DNA of 64,000 bases from NCBI RefSeq assembly GCF_009914755.1, contig NC_060932.1, one strand, 5' to 3'. The notes under the pieces are model-generated. The model had not been told where the DNA came from. It saw only the letters and a program-made list of their open reading frames with translations, and did not search any database. The position numbers were made by a program, and so were the translations under genes. Below, piece after piece: positions 49,078 through 64,000 of this stretch. This DNA comes from the human T2T-CHM13v2.0 reference genome, Homo sapiens. The stretch's first letter is position 1, and each line of letters opens with the position of its first letter.

Positions 49078-50852
49078 CTCATGTATGTGTATATGCACAC
49101 AGACTTTTCCCAACTCTGTCTACAGGAAGCACCCAGAAGCAAAGCCACTCTCTCGGCAGTGAGTACACTTAGTGCCCGGACTTGGAGCCAAGGTGTGAAA
49201 TGATCTATGTGTGGAACAGATGCAGCAGGCAAGGGTGGAAGCCGAGGAGCCAATTGTCTCTAGGCAAATATATTGGCATTTATTTCTTTTGAAAATAGCT
49301 AAAGCAATATGGCCAACTGTGAACATTTTTTAAATGTGAATGGTGGAGATGCGAGTGTGTACTATTCCCTGTAACATTTCATAGGTTTAAAATACTTCCT
49401 AATTTAGTTTTTAAAACTTTGCCCATGATTTGTGGGCTATCTCCATGTGGTGCTTTTTATTTTGTTCCCTGCTCTTCCTCATTTGTTATAATAAGCACAT
49501 ATTGTTTTTAAACCAGATAAAAATGAAAGCTACATTTTAAGACCAAAAAAAAAAATGTGTAAGAAAGAGCAGCAGGCATTTGATACTTTAACCACTTTGG
49601 GGAAAATTCTCTAAACTGCTTCTCCCTACTAAGGCTGAGACAGAAAGCCACAGGAAAGGCCAGAGCCAAATCCTACTGCAGGTCAGTCCTCGCCCAACAG
49701 GAGGAGAGGCGCTCCTCCCGAGCGCACCTCGAGACTACAAGCTGAACATCCAGCTGAGCTTCCAGGAGCTCAGACAGATTTCGGGAAACTATGCCACGTG
49801 CTAGAGGCCTAAACAGCATTTCAACAGCCACCACGTGTCCACCTGGCAAACTGCAACTCAGCCTGTACTCACAGCCAGGCTGTCACATCTGTCCCAGGAA
49901 CCCTTCCCTGACTCTCCAGGGCCAGGCAGACTCCCGTCCACAACAGGCCTGCAACACCTCATGCACCCCAACAGAGCCTTGGTCACAGTCGCAGCAGGGA
50001 CCAGGGCCTGACCATCTCTGTCCCCTCAGGGCCTTGCCTGGGGACCGACACGTGGCAAGAGCACTCAGCGAGATACATGCATGAAAGGCCCGCCTCTTAC
50101 CCTGAACACCAGTCATAAAACTCTAAAAGACAACATCCATTCTCGCAGCACCCTCCTTTGCGTGCTGCTGAAAAGTTACACAGCAGCACCACACAGCAAT
50201 GCAGAGAAGACTTGAGGGATGGGACCTACATCGGCATGGGAGGGCCCGCTCTGAAAACACAGAATCAGCTTAGAGCGCCAGTACTAATCTCCTTCCCCCT
50301 GACTAGAGAATTGGGTAAGCATTTCCAACAGAAGAGATTACAAACTGAATTTTTCACACCCTACACAAAGCACAGAAATGGGACGTCAGGATTTCAAAAC
50401 AAGAGAAAGCTCGTGGTGGTGGTGGTGTGGTCATTTATCCTCCCATTCCACAGCTTGTTCTTCCCTGGGGCCTTGGTCATCTTATCATCTTGCAGCAATA
50501 AAATAATGCTGATACCGTTGAGTAGCAGGCAGAATGGGGACTTTGCAACCTCAACACATCTCACGTAAGCTTCGAAATTATTATTTCACATCTTATACCC
50601 AATCAACTAAGCTCGGCATGTGTTCAAATCAGAGGTTTCTTTGTAGGTTCAAATATTTATTGAAAACCAAGCCTAAAGACACAGGAATAACAAAACATGG
50701 TCTTCATTTACAATAAGCTTATATGCTTTGGCAAAACAAACATAAAAACAGACACATATCGTAAGATGTGTGCCTCAGACATTAAGTAAAACCTACTTTA
50801 ATGAGAAGTTTGTATGTTAGCCCAAAAAGGTCAAATGATTGGTGATACATAC

Positions 50853-50938
50853 CATGTTTTCAACTCGAAGTTCAAACGGCATTGGGTTATATACCATCAG
50901 CTGAACTTCACACACATCTCCTTGAACCCACTGGAAAT
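50853..50938 (-). CDS. TRAPPC9: TRAPPC9 internal coding exon, 86 nt (phase 1->0): (D)[28 protein letters not shown]
   Basis: tgtattttctag|ATTTCCAG...AACATG|gtatgt. In frame with both neighbours; too short for the ORF track. Confidence 0.95.
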
Positions 50939-51394
50939 CTAGAAAATACACACACATAAATGAATCCATGTATTAGTTGGTATTTTTTCACTTTCTACAT
51001 GGTTTCCAATTATTCCTCTGGCAATTTACATTCTCAGTGAGGCAGCAGGCTCTATGATCTTCTTGAGATGGGTGATTCAAAGCTGCTTTTTCCACCAGCT
51101 TTCTCTGAAACAAAGCAAGGTAGCTGTCACTGGCACTTTGATGCCACATGAATGGCGCTTGTCACTGCCTTCGGCGGGCTGCATTCATGCTGGCATCAGT
51201 CCAGATGGCACTGTTCTTGGTACAGAGCCATAAGGCACACTGCGCTTCACGGGGCCCAGAAGCTGGCAACACAGGAAGACGGCACTGGGGTCACTTGTGA
51301 GTAACACGGAGTGTGATTTGCCCTATTCCCCTAAGATTGTGAGAGGGGAGTCTTCTCCTCCCCACCCACTCCCAGGTCAACTGCAGTTCAGTAC

Positions 51395-51976
51395 CTGTGC
51401 AGGGGCAGAATTCTGACGACCTCCAAAACCCCCAGCCTTGGTGTGCACAACCTGGTGTGCATGCACTATGTAATCCCCACCTTCAGTGTGAATATGATGA
51501 TTAGGCTATATTGTAAAACAAAGGTGGAAAGTTTTTGCAGATGTGATTGAGGACCCCAATCCGTTGACTCTGAGTTAATCAAAAGGAAGGTTGTCCTGAA
51601 TGGGCTTGTTCTAATCAGGTGAGACCGCACAGGAGACCATATCCTTGCCTAGAGGGCCTGTGGAGGGGACCACATGGCAAGGGCCTAAGAGCAGCCTCTG
51701 GGAGCTGAAAGCAGCACCGGCAGACAGCTGGCAAGAGAACGGGGATCACAGGAAATGAATGAAGAACGGCCTGAGGAGTCGTGAGAGCAGGCCCTTCCCT
51801 TAGTTGAGCCTCCAGATGAGGACACAGCCCCAGATGCCACTTGGATTTCAGTCCTGTGAATCCCTGAGCAGAGGACCCAGCTGAAGCCCACACAAATCAT
51901 GAGGAAGCAGATTTGTGTTGTTTGAAGCCACTGAGTCTGTGGTCATTTGTTACAAAGCAACAGAAAGCTAATTCAG
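51395..51976 (+). mobile_element. MLT1 (E/F-like) MaLR solo LTR
   Basis: gcagatgtgattgagg...gttgactctgagttaatcaaaagg...gtgttgtttgaagccactgagtctgtggtcatttgttacaaagcaacagaaagctaattca. Confidence 0.75.
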
Positions 51977-52468
51977 CATCTGTCCCAATTTCCATCACCC
52001 CCTCCTCCCTTTACAATCCTCTCTTAGGCAAACCAGAAGGAATTTCAGAATCAATCAACAGGTGGCAGGCATGTGTTAGGTGTGAGGCACTTCCACACAG
52101 GTTATCTCATTACTCTGCATAAGGACCTCCTGAGATAGGTATGATAACCCCCGTCACTGCAAGGCAAACACTCAAGGTCCAAACAGGGTAATAAATTGGC
52201 CCAGGAACCACACAGCAAGCGAGAGGAGCTGCTGGATTCAGGCCTCTGAACTCAGAGGCACCCCGAGCAGACACGGGTGGCTAACAGGGCAGTGGAGGGC
52301 TTCTTCTCTAGCAGATAAGAACGTCTGTTGACCAGAATTATTCAACTTTCAGAGCTTTCATAAGCATGTTCTCAAGATACAGCTTTTCCCACACACTCTG
52401 CAACCTGCACAGAGATGAGGACTGACTCCACCACACCTATGACATCTGACCCAGAGCTGGCATGTTGA

Positions 52469-53735
<1,267 letters not shown>

Positions 53736-54438
53736 TTTAAAATTAATTAATTAATTAATTAATACAGTGCCCACCAGGTGAGCTAACAGCTCCCCTAATG
53801 CCTGCACCACCATGTACTCATCTGAGCCTCTGCACAATGCAGTGAATGGCCACAGTCTATGTCAGCAGCACAAATGTTATGCCCGTTCTACAAAAAAGGA
53901 GAACCCACCTGACAGGCTGGCCCGCCTGCCTGTCCTATGGTCCTGAGAAGCAAGAAAACTGAGATTCGAACTCCAGTCTGTCTCCAAAACCTACACTCTT
54001 TTCACCCTACTGCTTCACCTCTCAGGACCCCAGAAACTCAGGTCTTGTCCTTCCCTCATCCCAGCTTCCATGCCCCCCACCTCCCAGGCCCACCAGCTTC
54101 TGAGGACCTTCAATGGGAGGGAGCTCACCCGACCTCCTCATTTACACAAGTCAGTGGCCAGAGCACAACATGCTCCCAGCCCGCCTGACCCCGCCTCACC
54201 CAGCCTGCCCGGGGCCACTGATGGTCAGCATCCCAGACCACTCCTCACCACAAATGAAGAAGGTCACTCTCTTTAAACAAGTGGCTAACGTCTGGTAATT
54301 AAGAAATGGCTTGCCCTATCATGGTCATGATGATGATGATGATGATAATAAGCCATTTGAAAAATCATTTTCTAGAGTACTAAAAAAATAATGTACACTT
54401 AGATGGTCCATGTCTACTAAAGGGTAAATCTAAAATAA

Positions 54439-54772
<334 letters not shown>

Positions 54773-56126
54773 GAAAAGTGATTTTTGCTGAAAGAAGGAG
54801 ATAACCCCTTTCCATCCTCAGCATGTCAAAGCACACGGTGGTGGCCCTTCCTCACTATTTTGTCCTAGAAGTAGTGGGAAGGCACAAGAATTAGCCTCTC
54901 TGAAACCCCCTCATCTCAGGCCCTGCCCTCCCTGTTGCGGGACACACTGTGCATGCTGTCATCTGTGGACCCACGGCACCAGGCAGTGGCGTTTATTGAC
55001 AAGTTCGTCTCTTTCTGCTAAACTGTATGGACCCATGTGGCGGGAAAGACTCCTGATTTATCAATGCATCCCCAGCACATAGCACAGGGCATATAACTGC
55101 TACCAAAAATGTTACTGAATGGCTGCCAGGGACTTTAGAAACATTATCTCCCTTGATCCTCAAAACCACCCTCCGTGTCAGCTTCTAATGTCCCCATTCT
55201 GCAGATAGCATGACTGCAGACCACAGAGGCACAATCAGCTGTCCACGGTCACACAGTGGGGAGCTGCAGGGCCAGGGTGCAGCCCAAGTCCACCTGACAG
55301 CCACAGCCTCTCCAGGCCACCACGCTGCCTCTGGGGCAGCAGTCGACCTTGGCACTAAGCCTGGCAGCACCACAAAGACCTATCACAAATGACAGAAGGC
55401 CTTCAACCCAACACACTCAAGCTGAGGCCAGTGTTGCAGTCATCTTTGCATGGATGTAGCTCAGATGATGGCCACACCAGCCAACACACAAAGACTCGTG
55501 AACTATCCCAAGTTAAAGTGGAAAATGGTCTCAAACACTACCCTCAAGAGTTTCTTCATCTCCAAAACCCTATGCCACCTGCTGTGATGATACCTCCCCC
55601 AATTATACACCGAGGTTCATTTAGAGAGACTGGAAATTTAGGTTAAAGTTATGTGATCTGTCAAGCTTCTGCACAAGCACTCACTGATCAGTACACTGCC
55701 AAAAAGATATTAGAAGCTATGGGATATAAATTGCATTTTCCTACCAAACAAATAATGTGCATTTTGGCTGAAACTTGCGTTATATCTCAGAAAAAAATCT
55801 TACATCATCCACTGAATTTGTCCTCAGCCCAGATGAGCAGGTACTTCTTACTATGGTGAGAAGCCATACTATAAAGAAAAAAGGCCCTGGGCATCGAGTC
55901 CTGCAACCTGGCATGGAGCCCGGGGAATGTCACTGATAAGCTATCTGACCTGGGGCAGGTACTTAAATTTCGTTCAGTCTTAATTTTCTTATTTGCAAAT
56001 AGGGAATATAATAATGCCGGCAGCATCAGCATCAAATAGTTTTGAGAATCACTGGATAATGTTTGCTTAAGCCCTCTTCAACAAATACAGATTGTAATTT
56101 TCACAAAAGGAATCTTTGACAATGTC

Positions 56127-56620
<494 letters not shown>

Positions 56621-57157
56621 GAGAAGAGGAGTCTCACACCTCCAGTCTCCTAAATCACCTCTGGAAGTTTTTCTCAACGAAAGAACTGAAGCTTTCCTCA
56701 AAAGTTCCGTAGGGGAGACAGTTCATCACCAACCCCAATGAGAACACAAAAGAGCAGCCAGAGACTCTAGAAGGTCCCAGGGGGAAGAGCCTGAGCACTC
56801 GTAGGACAGCAAGTCCGGGGCCAGGGGAGACAGAGGAGCCCTGAGGGTGGCCTGCCCATCCCCACGGAGCTCGGAAGACGCCCTCCAGAGAGGAAAGGTG
56901 GAGTTCCCACAGGAGGCCAGGAAACGACGTCCCCAAAACACAGTGAGGACAGGATTTGTACAGCTCTCTCCTGCTTACCGCAACACACGCTGGAGCACAT
57001 CTGGGGCTGCCATCAGGCCCTGCCTGTTCATCCACCACGTCTACCCAGCGCCTACACTTCCTGTCACCTCATGTTCTCCAGATCAGAGAAGCAGTGGCAG
57101 GAGAGACAAGATTGGGGTGTCTTTCAGAATCAATAGACTAAAAATGGCATTTTAAAA

Positions 57158-57317
57158 ACGCATACACACACACACATGCATGCACACACTCATACACACA
57201 CATGCATAGACACACACACATACACGCATACACACAATATACACATGCATACACACATACAGATGCATACACATATACACACGCATACACACACATACAC
57301 ACATACAGATACACACA
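57158..57317. repeat. Degenerate (CA/TA/TG) dinucleotide repeat
   Basis: catacacacacacacatgcatgcacac... Confidence 0.93.
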
Positions 57318-58230
57318 AATTCTAGAGTAGATTATATAGTTAGTGCTCACATTTTCAGAAATTTTCCAAAATACAGTATTGACTGCAGTTTTTCAAGGGC
57401 ATGACCCCATGTCTCTTTATTTTCTTCTCATTCTAACAGTGAACAGCTAGAACAGCTGGAGCCACTCCTTGCAAAGCCCACACGGCTCCTCAGATGGAGG
57501 CTGTGTCTGAGCCTCCAGAGGGCTTCCCCAGGGTCTGCGGGGCCCCCACCCCACACCCCACTCCCAGTTAGCCCAGTGTTTATTGTTCATTCGAGTTCAA
57601 CGTGTAAGTAACCAGGTACCCCTGCTGACAGATGTACAGTTTTAGAGAGCGTTTATTCACATTTAGTCTCGATAGTCAACTTCTCACGTTTGTGTCTTGC
57701 CTGCATGAACTAAACTGAAAAACCAGCCGAGGGTGAGGACTGTGAGGTCCAGGTAATAGGTCTGTCCCACACCTACTGTGCACGTGAGAGGAAACCATAG
57801 GGTACTAATGGGAACAGGACACGTGGTCTGTGATGTGAAATCAAGCTTGTCACTAACTGAGTAACTTTTAGTTACTTCTAAAAGTCGTTTCTCTAAGTTT
57901 GTTTCCTCATCTGTAAAAGGGAGATAAAAATGAAATCTCCCAAAAATACTGGAAAAACTAAATAAGGTAACATATGATAGCCTCTTATAAAGCACAACTA
58001 GAATAAAAGAAATGATTACCATTTTTAAAAGCACAAGGTTCTTTGAGTACTCCTACCCTAGTTATGCCCTTTATCTCAGCAAACAACTTTATTTCCTCTG
58101 AAGCACTTTATTTTTTAAGGCATTCGGATAATTTACAAATTGTTAATGAAGTTTATTATGAGACCCTTACAGAAGCTAAGAAATCCTAGAGCTAGTAATA
58201 TATGAGAAATGCTCATCAAGACAATGTGCT

Positions 58231-58526
58231 GGCTGGACGCAGAGGTCCCCACCTGTAACCCCAGCTCTCTAGGAGGCCGAGGCAGGGGATTCACTTGACC
58301 CCAAGAATTCGAGACCAGCCTGGGCAACATGGCAAAACTCCGTCTCTACAAAAAATACAAAAATCAGTGGGTGTGGTAGTATGCACCTGTGGTCCCACCC
58401 ACTCGGGAGGCTGAGGCAGGAGGATCAACTGAGCCCAGGAGGTTGAGGCAGCAGTGAGTCCTAATTATACCACTGCACTTCAGCCTGGGTGACAGAGCTA
58501 GACCCTGTCTCAAAGAAAAAAAAAAG
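58231..58526 (+). mobile_element. Alu (AluJ-like)
   Basis: Dimer; TSD aagacaatgtgct / aagatgatgtgct. Confidence 0.9.
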
Positions 58527-60023
58527 ATGATGTGCTACACGTAATGCTCTTATTGTCCCTTCTGCCTTGAATTCCACCATGCCCTGCCAGGAACATGAAA
58601 TGTACAGTGAGATCTAGGTTCTCCTGTGAGTTCTTGGACATGACACTTAAACGTCGTGAATCAGTTTCCCCGTCAACAAAATCTATAAAATGGGATTCAT
58701 AATATGTACCCCATCCATTCATTCATTCTTTTGTCACTGCTCCAGGTGCTGGGGAGACAGCAGCTGCACACAGCCTGACAGAATTCTGGGCTTCAGGTGA
58801 TATTGCAGGACAAAGCATCAATGGGCCAGTGTGGGTTTGAGCTGGAGAGAAGCTGGGAAGAGAATCCCAGACAGCACCGCTAGAGATGGTGGGAGGAGTG
58901 GCCTGCAAGGCGCTGGGATCAGAGAACACCCCTCTGAGGGAGGGGGCATTTGAACAGAGACCAAAAGGATGTGACAACAAGAGAGCCAATGATAGAGGGG
59001 CAGGGGACGAGTTCCTGGCAAAGGAAAGAGCGAGCCCCAAAGCCCTGGGCTTGGAACAAGCCTGTTTCTTTCCACGACCAGAAAGGAGTCCCTGTAGCTA
59101 AACCAGAGTGATGGTGGCAGGAGGTGGCATGAAAACCCCGACAGAGCGGGAGGGGTGTGGGCAGGGGGGGGTCAGGGAGCGCCTGCAGTCCGTAACTCGG
59201 GGTGTGGGTGAGCTTGCGAGTGCAACAGGAAGCCTCTGTCCTGGAAAGAAAAGCATGGTGGAAAAAGGAGCCGGAATGCCTTCTTCCTAAATTGGAGGTA
59301 CAGGAATTAAGAGTAGAAATAAAGAAACAGAAGGAGAAGAAAGCACTGGATATCAAACACAGAGCGCCGCGGTTGCGCAGGCCTCCCGCTCACACTCCTC
59401 GGAGGCCCCGGCAGTCGCCAAGCAGCGGCCAGCCTCCAGGCCCTCAAGGTTCTGTCACAGGACGTGTGGGCTCAGCCGGCAGTGGTCCCCAGTGACTGGC
59501 AGTCACAATCTCCTGCAAGGGGCCTCGGGCATGTCTTTGTGGCAGCAAGGGATGGGGAGCTTGGCACTACAGCCGGGCTTTGGGAAGGACACCAAGGGAC
59601 AGGGCCGGTGGTGCATGCTGAGCCCTGGTGCAGGAGGGACGAGAGCTCAGACACAGGAAAGCTCAGGAGAGATTGTCCACTCCCAGTCTCTCCCACAACA
59701 CAGCTTAACCCAGGACTGACTATCCTGATCACCTGTGTTCACAAAAGAACATAACACGATTACCTCACCCTCCACTCAGTCCTGAACACCATCCAACCCT
59801 GAATCTTTCTCTGATGACTCAGAAGTCACTTCAGCCCTTGTAAAATCAGTCTACATCTCCAACTGTCACTCTTCTGTAGTTCACATAAGTCTCAGTTAAC
59901 AAAAGTCTTTCTGGTTTCCAGAACTTTCACAAAATTACCTTATATGAAATAAATTTTTTAAAATCACATCTATGGGCAATTGCCTGCCAAAAGCAGCAAA
60001 TCAAATAAACTTCCATGACAGAC

Positions 60024-60237
60024 TGCACACACGCACACACACGCACACATCTGTGCACACATCCACACATGGACACATGTAAACACACATATGCATGCAC
60101 GCACGCATGCATACACACATACACGCACATATGCACGCATGCACACATACATATGCATGCATGCACACATGCACACACATATACACACATATGCATGCGT
60201 GCACACATCCACGCACGCACACACATGCACATGCATG
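60024..60237. repeat. Alternating purine-pyrimidine (CA/TG/CG) repeat rich in CATGCA
   Basis: gcacacacgcacacac...atgcatgcatgcacacatgcac... Confidence 0.93.
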
Positions 60238-60287
60238 AACTGGCTCAAAATGCTGTTCTAAAAATCTAGAAAAGCCATTGGAAATCA

Positions 60288-60482
<195 letters not shown>

Positions 60483-63400
60483 TCAAACAGAACACAAATA
60501 CTTCAACTGTCTGGTTAGCGTGGTTTCAGGATAAACATAACCAAACATGATGTATCAGAAAAACAGTAAATCAGTCAGAAGGAAGATAAATGGAGGGAGG
60601 AAAAGCACTCCGAGGCATCAGGACACAGCAAGGAAGTGTTGCAACAGTAACTCAAGATTCTCCCAGACAGGGGAAATCACTCCCTGGAACTGGGGGAGCA
60701 GCCACTTCCCTCTGGGGACTCCTGAACTGGGCCCAAGGATGGTCTGGAGTCAGAAAGGCCAGCTTGAAATCTCGCTTCACACTTACCAGCTGTGTGCCTT
60801 TGGGCACGTGCCTTGCCATCTCTAAGACGTAGGTTCCTTGTGTATAAAGTGCAGGTGGGGCCACCACCTTCCCCATGGACCCATGGGGAGGATCCAGCTA
60901 AAGACTCCTGGCACAGGGCCCACTGCCTGGCCCAGGATGGCTCTTCTCTCTCTGCCTCTCCCTTTCCCAAGGGACCTGCCCACAGCAAGTGGCAGCCAGA
61001 CTCTGACCCATGGGAAGAGATGGCACCCATGAGAAGGTCAACAGCACCCTCTGCTCTACTCGCATGCAGCAGCATCTGTATCTGTCATCGCTTCCCACAG
61101 TATCCCAGCTGTGGATGTCTGCCAATCTGTACTCATGCTCGAATTCATCCAGCTAGCATTAAGATAAATTTACCAATCCATGGAGTCTGAGCATGAGCAG
61201 GCACTGTGCTAACCACTGCATATGTATTCTCTCACTTAAACATCACAAACACCTTCTTAGTTTGGGTACTATTACTATTGTCTCCATGTCATCAATAAGG
61301 AAACTCACGCAAGAGGGACTAAGTATACTGTCGCAAATCCGATGGCTGGAAAGCAGTAACAACAGGTGACACTATGCTCTTAAACCACAGTACTAGAAGG
61401 TGCTGTCACCCTTGTGACCAGTTTGGGAAGACGGTGGTTAAGATCTGGAACACTCCTGGACGTCAGACAGAAAGGACAAGGAGCAGAGGTGGGAAAACAG
61501 GAAGACTGATAGTGACACTGATCGTGATAAATCTACGTGCTCCCCACCCCCCGCCTCCCGGCCTCCGCAGGAAGGTGAGGCCACCTGAGGAGCTCTGGCC
61601 AGTAGGTTGTGAGTGGGAGCCACCGAGGCCTCTGTGAGACACACACTTTAGAGTGACGGGCCAGCCCCCAGCTCTCTCCTTCGGCTGCACGGCCATGGTG
61701 ATCCTGGAGGCTGGACATTGAGAAGGTGGAGCACCAGACAGATGCGGCCTGGAGCACTCAGCAACCTCCCAGAGCTCAGCTGCCCTGGAGAGCCACCCAA
61801 CCCACACCAAACTTGTGTGAGGGAGGTAGAAACTGTTGTTACAGTAAATCACGAAGATTTCAGGGTTAATTTTTCTGCCACAGTGCACCCTAACCTATAC
61901 TGCATAATAACAACTGCCTTACAGAATCCACAAAATCACCACCTCTCTCAGTGAGGAGGGACCTCAGATGCCTCATTCCAGCCTGCTCTGTGCAAAGCAT
62001 GCCTACAGCACTCGGCAGACAATCCCCACCACAGACCCACATCCCAGCCCCGGGGAGCCTGCCACATGCGTGGTTCTCACCCACCACCCTCAGTGACTCA
62101 CGGCAGGAGATGGTGCTAACCCCGCGCCCTCCAGACCAAGGGCACACCCAGCAGGTGCTCCCCAGCTCCCTTCGCTCTGTGTGTGCCCTTCATTATGCCT
62201 TTATCATAGCGGATCAGAACCATTTCATTCTGTATCTGTTTCCACTCAGCTGTGAGCCTGCTGAGGACAGGGGCACCAGGACCTTATCTGTCTGTAGCTG
62301 CAGAACTAATAAAAATTGTACTTAGCCTATGAAGCTGCCAACAGCAAAGCAGAAGTCCAGGGATAAAGTGTCCAAGACAAGGATGATTTTGACAGATTCC
62401 ATCTGGAAACTGCTGACACCGTAAAAACCTGACTTCCCTCAGGAACAGCAGCCGTCAGGGCCGCGCAGAGCACCGCAGAGCGCTGATCAGGAAAGCGACG
62501 CCAGACGAACCGGTCGAGAGGAATGACAGTCAACAACCACTCACCTTTTGTTTCTTGGTATTTAATTCATCAATCTTATTCACAGGGAAACATATCCAAG
62601 AAGAGATGGGTGGGGACTACGACTGGCCTCAAGTGCCTCGTGTGTATGACGGCGTGGAGGCTGCTTGCTCCGAGTCCGGAGCAACTGAGAGAGCTGGAGA
62701 GGGCAACCGCGCCAGCTGTAGTAGCAAGGTGGGGCCAGCCGCTCCCATCCTGAATGCTGCTATACATTTCTTATCAGCTCCAAACAGCTCTGGTTTAAGA
62801 AATTCTTAAGGAAGGTTATGGCTTGGCCGCTAGACCATGTATGGGAGAAAATCCTGGACAGTGGCATGAACACAGTCATGGAGGCTGCATCCTGATTGGT
62901 GTCTGGGAGTCCGAAGCACGACCCTGAATTTGGGCCTCTAAACACCTCTCTGAATAAATGCCTAGAATCCTTCCTCAAACGGTAGAATTAACTTAAAAGT
63001 TTAAGTTTTAAACGTATCAAAGCAACTCGAAGCTCACTCTCACTAGAGGATTTGGGTCTTTGTTCACGTAAACGCCTTCATTAACTCTTAAGCTCTTCTC
63101 CAGGTTGAAGGAGCTCAATGTTAGCTCTTAAAAAAAAATATTCAATGAGTCCCACTCCCCATCACTGCCCCCAAATTAAAGACTCACTGGTTAACTGGAA
63201 ATGGCACTGAAACTTTATTCCACTTCCTTAATAATAATCCAGGACTTACAGTGTGTTAATAATCTACACGCTTACTAGGGGCCTGATAGACTACTGTTGG
63301 CTACTGTGTACACACTGTATCATTTTTGCAGAGAATTCCATAGATAAGGAAAAAAGATCACTTATAGTTCTATCAGAACCATCCTCTGCTTTAACTCTGG

Positions 63401-63953
63401 TCAACAGCAACAGGATGTGGGCTTGGCTGCCTCCTGGCAGATGAGATCACGCTTGGCCACTACCATCTCTTCGCAATTAGCCTTGGGCCAAAAGCGCGTC
63501 TTAGGCACTCAACAAATATTTTATTAATTGAATTTTGGAACACAATTAAAATAGGGATGTATTTTGGCTCCTTTTTCATTACTTGCATCGGAATTACTTG
63601 AAACCATCTTTGGGTGAGCCTAGTTCATGCTCCCATGCTACAGAGAACAAGTAAGTATTTTCCTGTATATTGCTAAAATAGTTTTATTGTCAAATACTAA
63701 GAAAGGCCTCAAGGGAAAAGAAAATGGCTCTGACCATCTATTCTAAAACCAAAGTCATAATTATGAGCCAAACCCAGCAGTAAATTCGTTTATGTTTAAC
63801 GATTCTATATAGCAGGTCTGATAATTTACTCACCAATGTAGACATTTTTCAACCAGCTTACCCTGTAACACTAACAGGAGCTTTAGTCTTCAAGTGTACA
63901 TATTACTGAGCTCTTCTTATGTCATAGGGGCTGACCTGCAATGCCTGACTTAA

Positions 63954-64000
63954 TTTTTTTTTTTTTTTTTTGAGACAGAGTCTCGCTCTTGTCGCCCAGG
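63954..64000 (-). mobile_element. Alu (truncated by window edge)
   Basis: Poly-T then gagacagagtctcgctcttgtcgcccagg. Confidence 0.9.

Noticed and set aside
62465-62487. REST/RE1-like motif agcaccgcagagcgc
   Set aside because: Lacks the GGACAG half-site and correct spacing.

Overview
Human/primate genomic DNA (about 24 Alus plus L1, L2, MIR, MaLR LTRs and hAT MER elements). The window lies inside one large minus-strand gene that I recognise as TRAPPC9 (NIBP/Trs120 homologue, TRAPPII subunit; human chr8q24.3). I reconstructed six internal coding exons by hand (146, 86, 127, 133, 164 and 153 nt). All have canonical AG/GT borders and splice into one continuous reading frame (809 nt, ~270 aa: ...[17 protein letters not shown]...[10 protein letters not shown]...). 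Almost all ORFs in the supplied track are spurious (Alu, low-complexity or chance), apart from two exon-overlapping ORFs and L1 ORF2 remnants. I see no evidence for a novel protein-coding system. The best leads are non-coding: (1) an 81-bp, 94%-identical direct repeat that I do not recognise as a TE, bracketing the frame-shifting 164-nt exon; (2) eight UGCAUG (RBFOX) motifs in a UG-rich repeat just downstream of a 5' splice site; (3) a candidate poison/terminal exon behind a ~100-nt polypyrimidine tract; (4) inverted Alus placed symmetrically around a frame-preserving exon; (5) a ~660-nt YCAY-rich triplet tract. All are hypotheses that need data. Repeat subfamily calls and boundaries are by eye and approximate.
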